From contig CAXXKT010000001.1 of NCBI GenBank assembly GCA_963662405.2, positions 96,001 through 160,000 of the forward strand: 64,000 nt of DNA. Reading direction: 5' to 3'. This document shows, in pieces, positions 48,782 through 59,444 of the stretch. This DNA is from Syntrophales bacterium. GTDB lineage: Bacteria > Desulfobacterota > Syntrophia > Syntrophales > UBA2210. The notes under the pieces were generated by a model. That model saw nothing but the letters and a program-made list of their open reading frames with translations. It made no database searches and had not been told where the DNA came from. Numbering within the stretch: the first letter of the stretch is position 1; each line of letters begins with the position of its first letter. The translations under genes were made by a program, and so were the position numbers.

Positions 48782-49177
48782 CTATTTCTGCGATTTAGAT
48801 TCGGCAGGAGATTTCTTGACATCGCGAACGGCGGTTTTACCCATAAACGGCAAGAGGAGATTCTGGCTCGTTTCCTCCAGGAAGGCCTCCGTCTTCTGCT
48901 CCAGCAGGTCGAATTGTCTGAGGAGGGCGACTGCTTCAGCCGTCAGATACATGCCCTTTCCCTGGGTTCGTTCCACGAGTTTCGTCCCCATCCGTTCCTC
49001 AGAGGCCTTCACCCGCCCCCAGGCCGCTCGATAAGACATCTTCAATTTCTTTGCCGCCGCATTGAGGGAGTGTGATTCGTCTATCGCCTTGAACAGTTCG
49101 TACCGGCCCGATCCGAAAATCACCCTGCCACCCTTTTCAAACCAGATTTTATGTCTGATATCCATAGCATGCTCCAA
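48782..49177 (-). CDS. modE: ModE-type winged-helix regulator (HTH only, no TOBE domains)
   Basis: 'FGSGRYELFKAIDESHSLNAAAKKLKMSYRAAW'; next to modABC. Confidence 0.85.
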   Translation of the reverse strand: MEHAMDIRHKIWFEKGGRVIFGSGRYELFKAIDESHSLNAAAKKLKMSYRAAWGRVKASEERMGTKLVERTQGKGMYLTAEAVALLRQFDLLEQKTEAFLEETSQNLLLPFMGKTAVRDVKKSPAESKSQK

Positions 49178-49366
49178 ATCGTTCTCAAAGATATTTCATT
49201 GAGAACCAACCCTTTCAATACAAAGCAGTATAGGGAAAACCGCCACACGAGTCAATGGAATAATAACTTCATGCAATAATGGCATCAGAGTGATAGCTTA
49301 AGTGCATGGCATACCATCCTATCATGGATCGCCGCACTGCGGTGAAACCGTATCCGTGTGGTACCA

Positions 49367-51001
49367 CTATCGACCGAAGGGACAGAGGGGAAAGGTGCAC
49401 GTCGGACATTCGAGGCAGAAGGCGCCGCTGCCCATCCGCGCAAGGTCATCCCGTGATATGGTCAGACCAGCCAGGAGGCGCGGAACAAGGAGATCAAAAC
49501 TGGTCGTCTTGAAATAGAGGGCGGCGGCAGGGACACCGATCACCTGCACCTCTCCGATACGGGCAATGAGCGTCATCGCCCCCGGCAGTATGGGCGCGCC
49601 GTAGAGTATATCCGTCGCACCGGCATCTTCCAGCCCTGCGCGGGTGACATCGTCCGGGTCCACAGAGAGCCCTCCGGTCGTGACGAGGAGATCGATACCT
49701 TCCCCGATCAGCTCCCCGATCGTGTCGGCGATGCTCTTCCGGTCATCGGGGGCCACGCGCGTGTGGAAGGTTTCGGCACCCAGGCCCTCCAGCTTCCGCC
49801 GTATCAGGGGGGCAAACCCGTCCTCCACCAGTCCCTCGTACACCTCCGTTCCGGTCACCAGGATACCGACGCGGGGTCTTCTGAGGGGAAAGACGGAAAA
49901 CAGAGGATCGTCACCAAGCACCGTCAGGGCCTTGTCGAGGTTTTCCCGGGAGAGATAGAGAGGGATTGCCCGTGTCCCGCCGATCTTGTCGCCCCGGGAT
50001 ACCGGGAAACCGCTCTGCCTGCTCGCGCACATGACATCGGGGACACGGTTGAAACGCGTCAGGCGCTCTTCATCGAATACAAGGAGCCCGTCACGCTCCG
50101 CTGTAAAGGTTACCTTTCCCTCGCTCGGGGCATCCGTGAAGGCAACCCCGTCACCCGCCATTGTTCGACCCATTGCCATTGCCGCGTCGTTTTCATGGAC
50201 CCATTCGTCTCCGGGTCCGTCAGATCCTTCCACATAGACCCTCTTCTTCCCCATCGTCAGGAGGAGATCGATATCGTCCCGTTCCAGCACCTGTCTGCTC
50301 TTGAATGCGGGTCCCTTTTCACTGGCAGGGATGACACGGGTCATATCGTGGAGCAGGGAGCGCCCGACGGCATCTTCCACCGCTATGACCTCCAATGACG
50401 GTCTTTTTGCGGTGCTGGCGGGGGAGGAGACGGTAACATCCGTGTACAGCTTCCGATCACCGCATGCCCGGCAGACCTCGCCGTCTTTTGACGGATAGGC
50501 CTCACCGCACAGGGGACAGACCGCGATACCGCCCTTCGACCGTCTTTCCAGAAACTGCGGCTGGACGCGGACATTCTGGAGGCTGTACAGACCGGTTCCG
50601 GCATCCCGGATCTGCCGATACAGTTCCGTCGAGTCCTGTTCCTTTTTCGGCTTCAGCTTGAAAAACCACTCCTTGATTCCCGGCCACGCGTCAAGCTTGG
50701 AGGTATCGAGATAGACCCGTATCCCCTCCCCTTCGTATTTTTCGTAAAGCGTGAGCGCGTATCGTCCCACATTGACGATCCGAAGCCATCCGTTCCCGAC
50801 CGTACAGGGGGTCAGGAGCTGAACCGCGTCGGGGAGACAGCTCTCCGTCTCGCAGAGGGCGTCGAACAGATCACCTGCGGGGGTGTTTCTGAGGGCCATA
50901 TCAACCATCACCCCGCCGATAATCATACCGGGGGCGACGTGACCATGAAACGACTTGACCAGATGGATATACTCATCAAAGGAATAGGGACCGATATTCA
51001 T
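49367..51001 (-). CDS. FmdE domain + Zn finger + MoeA-like molybdopterin-binding fusion
   Basis: 'FHGHVAPG', 'CLPDAVQLLTPCTVGNG', CxxC..CxxC, 'TTGGLSVDPDD', 'PILPGAM', C-terminal CxxCxxC..C. Confidence 0.85.
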   Translation of the reverse strand: MNIGPYSFDEYIHLVKSFHGHVAPGMIIGGVMVDMALRNTPAGDLFDALCETESCLPDAVQLLTPCTVGNGWLRIVNVGRYALTLYEKYEGEGIRVYLDTSKLDAWPGIKEWFFKLKPKKEQDSTELYRQIRDAGTGLYSLQNVRVQPQFLERRSKGGIAVCPLCGEAYPSKDGEVCRACGDRKLYTDVTVSSPASTAKRPSLEVIAVEDAVGRSLLHDMTRVIPASEKGPAFKSRQVLERDDIDLLLTMGKKRVYVEGSDGPGDEWVHENDAAMAMGRTMAGDGVAFTDAPSEGKVTFTAERDGLLVFDEERLTRFNRVPDVMCASRQSGFPVSRGDKIGGTRAIPLYLSRENLDKALTVLGDDPLFSVFPLRRPRVGILVTGTEVYEGLVEDGFAPLIRRKLEGLGAETFHTRVAPDDRKSIADTIGELIGEGIDLLVTTGGLSVDPDDVTRAGLEDAGATDILYGAPILPGAMTLIARIGEVQVIGVPAAALYFKTTSFDLLVPRLLAGLTISRDDLARMGSGAFCLECPTCTFPLCPFGR

Positions 51002-51765
51002 TACTGTATCACCTTCAGCGAATCATATAAAATAGAAAGGTCTTCCCGGTCACGGGAATCACCACCATAACCATCCATATCTCCGGCGGCCCTCTGCTGC
51101 TCGGGAGGGCGTCCCTTCAGCATGAATTGAACCATCCATTTCCGCACGATCCTCCCCCCCACCAGGGGGAGGACATCATCCGCCAGATAGAGGGCCTCGG
51201 AGATATCGTGGGTGACATGGATGACGGGAATCGACAGGTCCCGTTTCAGCGTCCGCAGTTCCGCGCGGAGCCCCTGCCGGGTCACCGCGTCGAGTGCGGA
51301 AAAGGGTTCGTCCAGGAGGAGGAGACGGGGGTGCCGGGCCATGGCCTGACAGATGGCGCAGCGCTGACGCTCCCCCCCCGATATCTTGTCCGGCTTGCGA
51401 TCTTTCAGATGCCCGATATTGAAACGCCGGAGCAGGGAATCGATGTCACCCTTATCGGCGGCGGCGAAGGCCACATTCCCCGCAACCGTCAGATGGGGGA
51501 AAAGCGTATATTCCTGAAAGACATACCCCAGATGCCGCTCCTGCGGGGGGACATATATCTTTTTATCAGTATCTACCCAGACCTCATTATTGTAGGTGAT
51601 CCGTCCTTCGTCGGGCCGATCGAGCCCCGCCAGGATCCTGATGATGGTTGTCTTCCCCGCCCCTGACGGCCCGACCAGGGCAAGGAGGCGGCTTCTCCGG
51701 CAGGAAAAAGAGACATCGAGATCAAAATGGGGCAACTTCTTTTTTATCGAGACATTAAGCTCCAT
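51001..51765 (-). CDS. modC: Molybdate ABC transporter ATPase
   Basis: GPSGAGKT, ISGGE, LLLDEPFSALD. Confidence 0.9.
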   Translation of the reverse strand: MELNVSIKKKLPHFDLDVSFSCRRSRLLALVGPSGAGKTTIIRILAGLDRPDEGRITYNNEVWVDTDKKIYVPPQERHLGYVFQEYTLFPHLTVAGNVAFAAADKGDIDSLLRRFNIGHLKDRKPDKISGGERQRCAICQAMARHPRLLLLDEPFSALDAVTRQGLRAELRTLKRDLSIPVIHVTHDISEALYLADDVLPLVGGRIVRKWMVQFMLKGRPPEQQRAAGDMDGYGGDSRDREDLSILYDSLKVIQ

Positions 51766-52420
51766 AGATCTGCCTCCGGGTCAGGCGGTTGATGAGGAGG
51801 AGAAAGAGGTAACTGACCGGTACCAGTATGAGGCACATCATCCCGGCGTCCCGATAGCGGAGCGCCTCGACCGCCTCGTATATCGCGATGGACGCGACCT
51901 TGGTCTCGCCGGGGATACTTCCCCCGACCATGAGGATCACCCCAAACTCACCGAGGGTATGGATAAAGACGAGGATCGCCGATGCCGCAAGTCCGTTGAC
52001 GGCATTGGGGATAATCACCTTGAAAAAAGCGGTCAGGGGAGAGAGTCCCAGGACATAGGCGTTCTCCAGGAGGCGACGGTCGATCTTTTCAAAGGCCGCC
52101 TTCATGGGCTGGATAGCGAAGGGAAGACTGTAGACCAGCGATGCCACGACAATCCCGGCGAAGGTGAAGATCAGGGGTGAACCGGTGACGGCCTCCCAGA
52201 AGCGGCCGATATTCCCCTGAGGCGTCATGACCAGGAGGAGATAAAATCCGAGGACCGTCGGCGGCAGGACCATGGGGAGGGTGAGTAGCGCCTCAAAGAA
52301 CGACTTGCCGGCGAAGCGGACATAGACCAGGAGATAGGTCAGCGGCGCCGCCAGGATGACGAGCACCACGGTCGTTACCAACGCGAGTTTCAGTGAAAGC
52401 CAGAGCGGTATCAGGTCCAT
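51755..52420 (-). CDS. modB: Molybdate ABC transporter permease
   Basis: 'LPMVLPPTVLGFYLL', 'HTLGEFGV'. Confidence 0.93.
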   Translation of the reverse strand: MDLIPLWLSLKLALVTTVVLVILAAPLTYLLVYVRFAGKSFFEALLTLPMVLPPTVLGFYLLLVMTPQGNIGRFWEAVTGSPLIFTFAGIVVASLVYSLPFAIQPMKAAFEKIDRRLLENAYVLGLSPLTAFFKVIIPNAVNGLAASAILVFIHTLGEFGVILMVGGSIPGETKVASIAIYEAVEALRYRDAGMMCLILVPVSYLFLLLINRLTRRQIYGA

Positions 52421-53170
52421 CTAACGATATCCGTATTTTTCCTTGATCTTCCGGGCTTGGGGCGACTGTATGAATGTGACAAACCGTTCGGCAGCCGATC
52501 GGTTTTCCGTCCTCTTGAGGATACAGGCTGCCTGAACGATGGTCGGTGCCTCCGGGACCTCATAAAAACATCCCTTCTTCCCCTTTTCGGAGAGGGCCGA
52601 CGAATAGGCACAGAACCCTACGTCGGCGCTCTTCGTCTCGGCATATTGAAATGACTGTGCCACCGTCTGGGGAAAGACGTATTTACCTTTCAGCGTATCC
52701 CACAATCCAACCTTCTTGAGGGCAACCATCGCCGCGGTACCGTAAGGGGCGCTCTCGGTATTGGCGATGGCGATCTTCCGGACCTCCGGATCCTTCACCA
52801 CGGCCTGCCAGCCTGCCGCCCCGCACAGCGCCTGATGTGCCGTCCAGACCACCACCTGCCCCCGCGCGTAGACAAAGGGCGTATCGCACAGCCCCTTTTC
52901 ATCAAGGAGTTTCGGCCTCTTTTCATCGGCGGCGAAAAAGATATCGTACGGCGCCCCCTTGACAATCTGGCCGTATAATTTCCCCGTCGATGTATATGTC
53001 GCCTCGACAGGTATCCCCGTCTGTTCCTGGAACATCTGCGTCAGTTCTCCCGAGGGGAGAATAAAATTAGCGGCAACGGCAATCAACAGTTTTTCTCCGG
53101 CGAAAACCGGAGAAAAAGAGACAAGAACAAAGAATGCAATGGTGATAATGGTGGTGACAGAGCGGCGCAT
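52421..53170 (-). CDS. modA: Molybdate-binding periplasmic protein
   Basis: 'AVAANF', 'STGKLYGQI..GAPYDIFFAAD', 'APYG'. Confidence 0.93.
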   Translation of the reverse strand: MRRSVTTIITIAFFVLVSFSPVFAGEKLLIAVAANFILPSGELTQMFQEQTGIPVEATYTSTGKLYGQIVKGAPYDIFFAADEKRPKLLDEKGLCDTPFVYARGQVVVWTAHQALCGAAGWQAVVKDPEVRKIAIANTESAPYGTAAMVALKKVGLWDTLKGKYVFPQTVAQSFQYAETKSADVGFCAYSSALSEKGKKGCFYEVPEAPTIVQAACILKRTENRSAAERFVTFIQSPQARKIKEKYGYR

Positions 53171-53300
53171 GATGAGACTCCTTTTCTATAGCGTTTTTCC
53201 TCGAGCGATTGAAACGGTACACCCCTGATGAGTGAGCTGAAAGCATATGCCTTTTATGACACGTCTGGGCTTATAGGCAAAAGAAGTGAGGATGTCAAGG

Positions 53301-53326
53301 TTTATATGTTATTTCTAGCATATAAA
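53301..53326. promoter_or_regulatory. ModE-like palindrome upstream of modA
   Basis: TTTATATGTTA-tttc-TAGCATATAAA. Confidence 0.6.
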
Positions 53327-53569
53327 TACGAAAAAGGACACGCTAATTTTAACATATCCGGAACACCGTGCCAGATCCGATGCAACCATAAAAAGGCATA
53401 AAAGACTTGCACTCTTTCCCGACGGTTATAAACGATACCCCTGAAAAATACGCAGGCTCACGCGGGCGTACCCTGACACGCCGGAAAGCATGCTTCATTT
53501 TCTTCGCAGGACCGTGACGATTAAGGATTGACTTCTTGTTCGTATTCAGGGTATCAGGTCAAGCGGTTG

Positions 53570-53589
53570 TTATGCCAATATTGACATAG
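53570..53589. promoter_or_regulatory. ModE-like palindrome upstream of fdhE copy 2
   Basis: TTATGCCA-atat-TGACATAG. Confidence 0.5.
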
Positions 53590-53668
53590 AGGATCACTTT
53601 CATACAAACTCGCATTGGATAGAACGTATTTCACTCCAAAACGCCATGCGACATCAAGAGGTTATAAC

Positions 53669-54577
53669 ATGAGCAAAAGTGCCGAAGGGTTGTCAACGCT
53701 GGAGAAACAGATAGAGGAAATGAACGAGACAAATCCGCACAGCCGGAATATCCTCCTCGCCTTCAAGGCAATCTTGCTGGCAAGGAAACACCTCGTCGAG
53801 GACGGAGGCTGTATGAACGTGGACGTTTCACCCGTCGATACGGTTCGACTGCAGGGAGGAGTGCCTGTCTGCAGGCAGACACCGCTCCTTCACCCCGATG
53901 AACCGTGGAATGAAATCGCCTCGGCGGTGATTCCATCGATTGCGATCGGGTTCCCGGACCTTGCGGAGGAACTGCAGAAAATTGAAGCGGGTATCAAACG
54001 TGAACGTATAGAACTAACAGAATACTTTACTCCCTTTCCCGAACTCGACGAAAAACTTACCCGGAACTGGTCGGCAACCCTGGGCGTCAGACCGGAGGCC
54101 ATGCACCTGGTGCTGACGAGTATCCTTCGGCCCGTCCTGGAAATGAAGGCGAGAGCGGTCGCCGGAACGCTCGGAGATGTATCCTGGGACAAGGGATACT
54201 GCCCGATCTGCGGCGCCTTTCCCGATATCGCCGTGATCAAGGACAAAATTTCACAGCGGTGGCTCCACTGTTCCCAATGCCGTCATGAATGGCGCTTCAG
54301 TCGCGTCCTGTGTCCATACTGCGAGCATGAAGGGAAAGAAGAAGGAACACCCTATTTCTTTGTCGAAGGAAAAGAACAGGAGGCGGCATTCGCCTGCGAT
54401 CGGTGCAAGCGGTATGTGGTCACCCTGAACCGTATCAGTGATCTTGGCAGTCCTGATTTCGATGTTATATCCATGGGACTTACCCACCTCGATGTGATCA
54501 TGCAGGAAAAGGGGTATACCCCTGCAGCCTTCAATGAGTGGAACGATTTTGGGCCACCCGCCTCCCCTCTTTCATAA
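53669..54577 (+). CDS. fdhE: Formate dehydrogenase accessory protein FdhE (copy 2)
   Basis: 'GYCPICG', 'CSQCRHEW...R..CPYC', 'CDRCKRY'. Confidence 0.9.
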   Translation: MSKSAEGLSTLEKQIEEMNETNPHSRNILLAFKAILLARKHLVEDGGCMNVDVSPVDTVRLQGGVPVCRQTPLLHPDEPWNEIASAVIPSIAIGFPDLAEELQKIEAGIKRERIELTEYFTPFPELDEKLTRNWSATLGVRPEAMHLVLTSILRPVLEMKARAVAGTLGDVSWDKGYCPICGAFPDIAVIKDKISQRWLHCSQCRHEWRFSRVLCPYCEHEGKEEGTPYFFVEGKEQEAAFACDRCKRYVVTLNRISDLGSPDFDVISMGLTHLDVIMQEKGYTPAAFNEWNDFGPPASPLS

Positions 54578-54608
54578 AAAGAGCCAATCCAAATCCCTTC
54601 CAACACAT

Positions 54609-54700
54609 TTATGTTAATAGTAACATATTGACAAAACAGGGGAAAACTGCTTATGTCACCCATGACATATGGGAATAGTAATATGTTGCCGATGCCATAT
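54609..54700. promoter_or_regulatory. Three tandem ModE-like palindromes in fdh2 promoter
   Basis: TTATGTTA-N4-TAACATAT (54609), TTATGTCA-N4-TGACATAT (54651), ATATGTTG-N4-TGCCATAT (54681); TTGACA at 54628 between the first two. Confidence 0.6.
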
Positions 54701-54741
54701 AGTAATAATAGTAGTGACATAGAGTACTAAAGGAGGCTTTT

Positions 54742-57700
54742 ATGGATGTTACGAGAAGAGGTTTTCTAACTATTTCCGGCGCGGTCGGATCGGGCATCGC
54801 CTTGTCCTCTCTGGGCATCAATCTGAAACCAACGAAGGCGTATGCAAGCGAACTCAACAAGATGAACCGGCTCAGGGCAGCCAAGCAGGTCACGACGGTA
54901 TGCTGCTACTGCGCCGTGGGGTGCGGCCTCATCTGCAGTGTCGACAAGGTTACCGGCAAGATATTCAATATCGAGGGCGACGCCGATCATCCCATTAATG
55001 AAGGGTCACTGTGCGCGAAGGGGGCCGGATTCTTCGACCTGACGGAGGCCAACAAGTACCGTCTCCGGAAAGTTCTCTACCGTGCGCCGAAGAGCGACCG
55101 GTGGGAAGAAAAGGACTGGGACTGGGCCCTTGCCCGTATCGCCCGCCTGGTCAAAGACACCAGAGAAAAGGATTTCATCACCACCAACAGCAAAGGCCAG
55201 ATCGTCAACCGGACCGAATCGATCGGACATCTGGGAAGTTCCAACGTCGACAGCGAGGAGTGCTGGCTGATGAGCGTGATCTCACGCGCCATGGGGCTTG
55301 TCTATGTTGATCACCAGGCCCGGGTCTGACACAGCCCGACTGTAGCGGCTCTGGCAGAGTCGTTCGGACGCGGTTCCATGACAAACCACTGGATAGATCT
55401 CCAGCACAGCGATTGTATACTGATTATGGGCAGCAATGCGGCGGAACATCACCCCATTGCCTTCAAATGGATGCTCCGGGGAAAAGAAAAGAACGGAACG
55501 AGACTCATCCATGTCGATCCCCGCTTCACCAGGACATCGGCCCGTTGCGATTATCACGTTCCCCTGCGTTCCGGAACCGATATCGCCTTCCTGGGCGGGA
55601 TGATCAACTACATTCTCAACTCCGATAAATATTTCAAAGATTACGTCGTCAACTACACCAACGCCCCCTTTATCGTGGCGGAGGGTTTCGGCTTCAACGA
55701 CGGTCTCTTTACGGGGTACGACAAAGACAAGAAAAAATACAACAAGGAGACATGGGTGTTTGAAAAGGACTTTGCGGGAAATCCCAAGAAAGATCCTTCC
55801 CTCAATCATCCGCGCTGTGTCTTCCAGCTCCTGAAAAAACACTACACCCGCTACACCCTGGAGAAGGTCTCCAGCACCACCGGCGTTTCCAAGGAAGACC
55901 TGATGAAGGTCTACACGGACTACGGGAGCACCGGCGTGGGCACCCGCGCGGGGACGATCTGTTACGCCCTGGGCTGGACGCACCATTCGACGGGTACGCA
56001 GAATATCCGCACCATGGCCATGATTCAGCTCCTGCTCGGCAATATCGGGATCAACGGCGGCGGCGTCAACGCCCTTCGAGGCGAACCCAATGTCCAGGGA
56101 TCGACCGATCACTGTATCCTGTACGGCAATCTGCCGGGCTACCTGAAGATGCCCAAGGCGTCTCAAGACACGCTCGATAAATATCTCAAAAAGTACACCC
56201 CGGTGACAAACGATTCCCAGTCGCCGAACTACTACCGGAACTATCCGAAGTTCTACGTGAGTTTCCTCAAGTCGCTCTTCGACGACAAGGGGACACCGGA
56301 AAACGAATTCGGCTATTCCTGGATGCCCAAACTGGATGACGACGTACCGTACTCCCTCATGCACCTCTTCGACACGATGTACAAGGGCACGGTGAAGGGG
56401 CTGTTTTCCGTAGGTACCGATCCGGCCGTCAGCTCGCCCAACGCGAACAAGGTGAGAAAGGCGCTGAAAAAACTGGACTGGCTGGTAAGCGCCAACATCT
56501 TCGACAACGAGACCTGTTCCTTCTGGAAGGGCCCCGGTGTCGATCCATCGAAGATCAAAACGGAGTGTTTCCTCCTCCCCGCCTCGGCCTCCATGGAAAA
56601 GGAAGGCAGCCAGACCAACAGCGGCAGATGGGTGCAGTGGAAATACAAAGCGGCCGAAGCCCCCGGCGATGCGATTCCCGTGGGAGAAATATTCATAAAG
56701 ATCATGCAGTCCGTTCAATCTCTCTACGCCAAGGAAGGCGGCATCAATCCCGAACCGATCCTGAATTTCAAATGCGATTACCATGACCGGAGCGGCAACT
56801 TCGTTGCCCTGGGAGCGGCCAAGCAGATCAACGGTTACTTCCTTAAGGACACGGTCATCAAGGGCAAAACCTTCAAGAAGGGACAACTGGTTCCGACCTT
56901 CGGCATGCTCCAGGACGACGGTTCCACCTCCAGCGGCAACTGGCTCATGGCGGGAAGCTTCACCGCCGACGGCGAAAACAATATGACCAAACGCGGGAAG
57001 GACGATCCGACAGGTCTCGGCCTCTACCCCAACTGGACGTGGGCCTGGCCCGTCAACAGGCGCATCCTGTACAACCGCGCCTCCTGCGATATTAACGGAA
57101 AACCGTACAACCCGAAGAGAAAGCTCCTCGAGTGGACCGGTGAAAAATGGGTGGGCGACGTCCCCGACGGCGGCTGGGCGCCCATGGCCGATCGCGAGAA
57201 TGGGAAGTACCCCTTCATCATGAAACCCGACGGCGTGGGATCGCTCTTCGGTCCCGGTATGGCGGAAGGACCGTTCTCCGAGCATTACGAGCCCTATGAG
57301 ACGCCTCTGAAGAAAAATCCCCTTTCCAGCCAGTTGAACAATCCGGCGCTCCACGTGTTCACGACCGACATGGATCAGTTGGCCAACGGAGACGGGAAGT
57401 TCCCTTATGTCTGTACCACCTATTCCTGCACCGAGCACTGGTGTTCCGGTGCGCTGACGCGATGGCAGGCGTGGCTCCTGGAGATGCAGCCGGAGGCATA
57501 CGTCGAAATCGGCGAAAAGCTTGCGCAGGAAAAGGGCATCAAGAACGGCGAAAAAGTAAAGGTGTCCTCGGCCCGGGGATTTGTGAAATGCGTGGCCATG
57601 GTTACCAAGCGATTCCGCCCCTTCCTCGTTGAAGGCAAGACGGTGCATCAGGTCGGTCTGCCCTTCAATTATGGGTGGTTGTTCCCCGAAGATGGCGGGG

Positions 57701-57792
57701 ATAGCGCCAACATACTTACGCCCTCTGTCGGTGACGCGAATACCCACTGTCCCGAATACAAGGCGTTCATGGTTAACGTGACGAAGAGTTAG
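54742..57792 (+). CDS. fdnG: Formate dehydrogenase alpha subunit (Tat selenoprotein), copy 2; UGA at 55327-55329 read as Sec
   Basis: TRRGFL Tat, CCYCAVGCG; HQARV-U-HSPTVAALAESFGRGSMTNH joins 54742..55329 and 55378..57792 in frame. Confidence 0.95.
55345..55363 (+). other. Candidate SECIS hairpin, fdnG copy 2
   Basis: GCGGCUCU-GGC-AGAGUCGU, 15 nt after UGA. Confidence 0.75.
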
Positions 57793-57803
57793 GAGGGTGG
57801 ACA

Positions 57804-58607
57804 ATGAAAAAACATGAGATTGTACAACTGATCGATACGACAAAGTGTACTGCCTGCCGCGGCTGTCAGGTGGCATGCAAGCAGTGGAATGAAAACCCCG
57901 GCTTGAGGACCAAAAACTGGGGCAGTTATCAGAACCCGCCCGACCTGGAGTGGAACACCTGGACGCTGGTCCGTTTTCAGGAACATGTCGATTCAAAGGG
58001 GACACTGAAGTGGCTGTTCAGAAAGGATGGCTGCATGCACTGCACCGATGCGGCCTGCGTGAAGGTCTGCCCCAGCGGCGCCTTGTTCCATACCGAATTC
58101 GGTACAGTTGGCATGAACCCCTCATTATGCATCGGCTGCAAGGAATGCATCGCCGTCTGTCCCTTCGACGTTCCCCGGTATAATAAGGAAACGGACAAAG
58201 TGACGAAGTGTGACTTCTGTTATAACCGCCTGAAGGGGGACGAGCTTCCCGCCTGTGTCAAATCATGCCCCACCGGCGCCTTATCCGTCGGCAGGAAAGA
58301 GGATATGATTAAAAAGGCGTATCAGCGGGTCAAGGAACTCGGGGGCGATGCCAATGTCTACGGCGATAAATTCGTCGGTGGGACCCATCTCATCTACGTA
58401 CTGGGCGAAAAACCGGAGGTCTATGACAAGCTGCCGACCCGGCCCGCCGTTCCTCTTTCAGTTATTGCCTGGAAGGACTGGCTGAAGCCGCTGAGTCTGA
58501 TCGCCGGCGGCGGCGTAGTGGTGGGCGCGTTCCTCCACTATCTCATCCACGGACCCAAAGACACCGGCGGCGATAGTGATCAGGCCGGCCAGGGAGGAGG
58601 TGAATAA
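57804..58607 (+). CDS. fdnH: Formate dehydrogenase beta subunit, copy 2
   Basis: Four ferredoxin Cys motifs plus TM anchor. Confidence 0.93.
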   Translation: MKKHEIVQLIDTTKCTACRGCQVACKQWNENPGLRTKNWGSYQNPPDLEWNTWTLVRFQEHVDSKGTLKWLFRKDGCMHCTDAACVKVCPSGALFHTEFGTVGMNPSLCIGCKECIAVCPFDVPRYNKETDKVTKCDFCYNRLKGDELPACVKSCPTGALSVGRKEDMIKKAYQRVKELGGDANVYGDKFVGGTHLIYVLGEKPEVYDKLPTRPAVPLSVIAWKDWLKPLSLIAGGGVVVGAFLHYLIHGPKDTGGDSDQAGQGGGE

Positions 58608-58608
58608 G

Positions 58609-59280
58609 ATGATACCACAGAAGGGAATGATTAAAGTATCGGACGCGTTTGAGAGAATCGTTCATTGGTGCCTGGCCATCTCCTGCCTTATCCTGATGAT
58701 CTCGGGACTGGGGATGATGTTTCATGCCTTCAACTTCCTGGCGATTCCGGTGGGCGGGCTCAAGAGCCTGAAACTTATCCACAACTTTACCGGGTTGATA
58801 TTTGTACCGTCGCTCTTCTTCGCTATCCTGATCTGGTGGAAGGAAGCGGGCGTATTCGACTTTCCCGACGATCTGGAATGGATCAAATGCGCGGGCGGGT
58901 ACCTCTGGCACGTGGACAATCCACCGGAGACGGGGAAATACAACCCCGGCCAGAAGGCCTTCTTCCTTGCCGTGGCTATCTTCGGCATCATTATGATCAT
59001 CAGCGGGCTCATCATGTGGTTCTCCCTGAGTTTCCCCGCCGGGACGGTACAGATAGCGTATTTGCTCCACGCGCTGGGGTTCCTGGTGATCTTCCCCTTC
59101 TTCTTTATCCACCTCTACCTGGGAACCATCGGTGTCCCCGGTTCGTTCCCCGCCGTGGCGACCGGTTACGTGACCCGGTCCTGGTGTGAGAAACAATGCC
59201 CCAAGTGGCTCAGAGAAAAGGAAGAAGAAGGAACACTTGAGATCTACGGTGAAGAAAAGGCGGCGGCTGAACATCACTAA
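58609..59280 (+). CDS. fdnI: Formate dehydrogenase gamma (cytochrome b) subunit, copy 2
   Basis: 'ERIVHW', 'GKYNPGQK'; very similar to copy 1. Confidence 0.92.
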   Translation: MIPQKGMIKVSDAFERIVHWCLAISCLILMISGLGMMFHAFNFLAIPVGGLKSLKLIHNFTGLIFVPSLFFAILIWWKEAGVFDFPDDLEWIKCAGGYLWHVDNPPETGKYNPGQKAFFLAVAIFGIIMIISGLIMWFSLSFPAGTVQIAYLLHALGFLVIFPFFFIHLYLGTIGVPGSFPAVATGYVTRSWCEKQCPKWLREKEEEGTLEIYGEEKAAAEHH

Positions 59281-59304
59281 GCGCCCTCTTTCCATTTGAA
59301 AAGG

Positions 59305-59337
59305 AAAGGACCCGTACTTTGTACGGGTCCTTTTTTA
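59305..59337 (+). terminator. Rho-independent terminator of fdh2 operon
   Basis: AAAGGACCCGTAC-ttt-GTACGGGTCCTTTTTT. Confidence 0.88.
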
Positions 59338-59350
59338 TTGTTCATCCGGC

Positions 59351-59444
59351 TAATGAGTACGAATGAAGGCTGTCTTTGTTTGCTTCCTGTAGTCGATAAA
59401 AACCAGAGTGAAGAAATAGTAGTGGTTTCTTTCAGTACTCATTA
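59351..59444. repeat. Uninterrupted copy of the ~95-bp repeat unit (10-bp terminal IR TAATGAGTAC/GTACTCATTA)
   Basis: Homologous to reconstructed units 32698-32739+34176-34232 and 35251-35292+37418-37474. Confidence 0.75.

Noticed and set aside
53360..53373. Sigma-54 promoter TGGCACGGTGTTCC upstream of modA
   Set aside because: The -12 element lacks the conserved GC (TTCC instead of TTGC)
55282..58005. 907-aa minus-strand ORF and similar long antisense ORFs over fdh, hydrogenase and hyp genes
   Set aside because: GC-rich antisense shadows with no recognisable motifs
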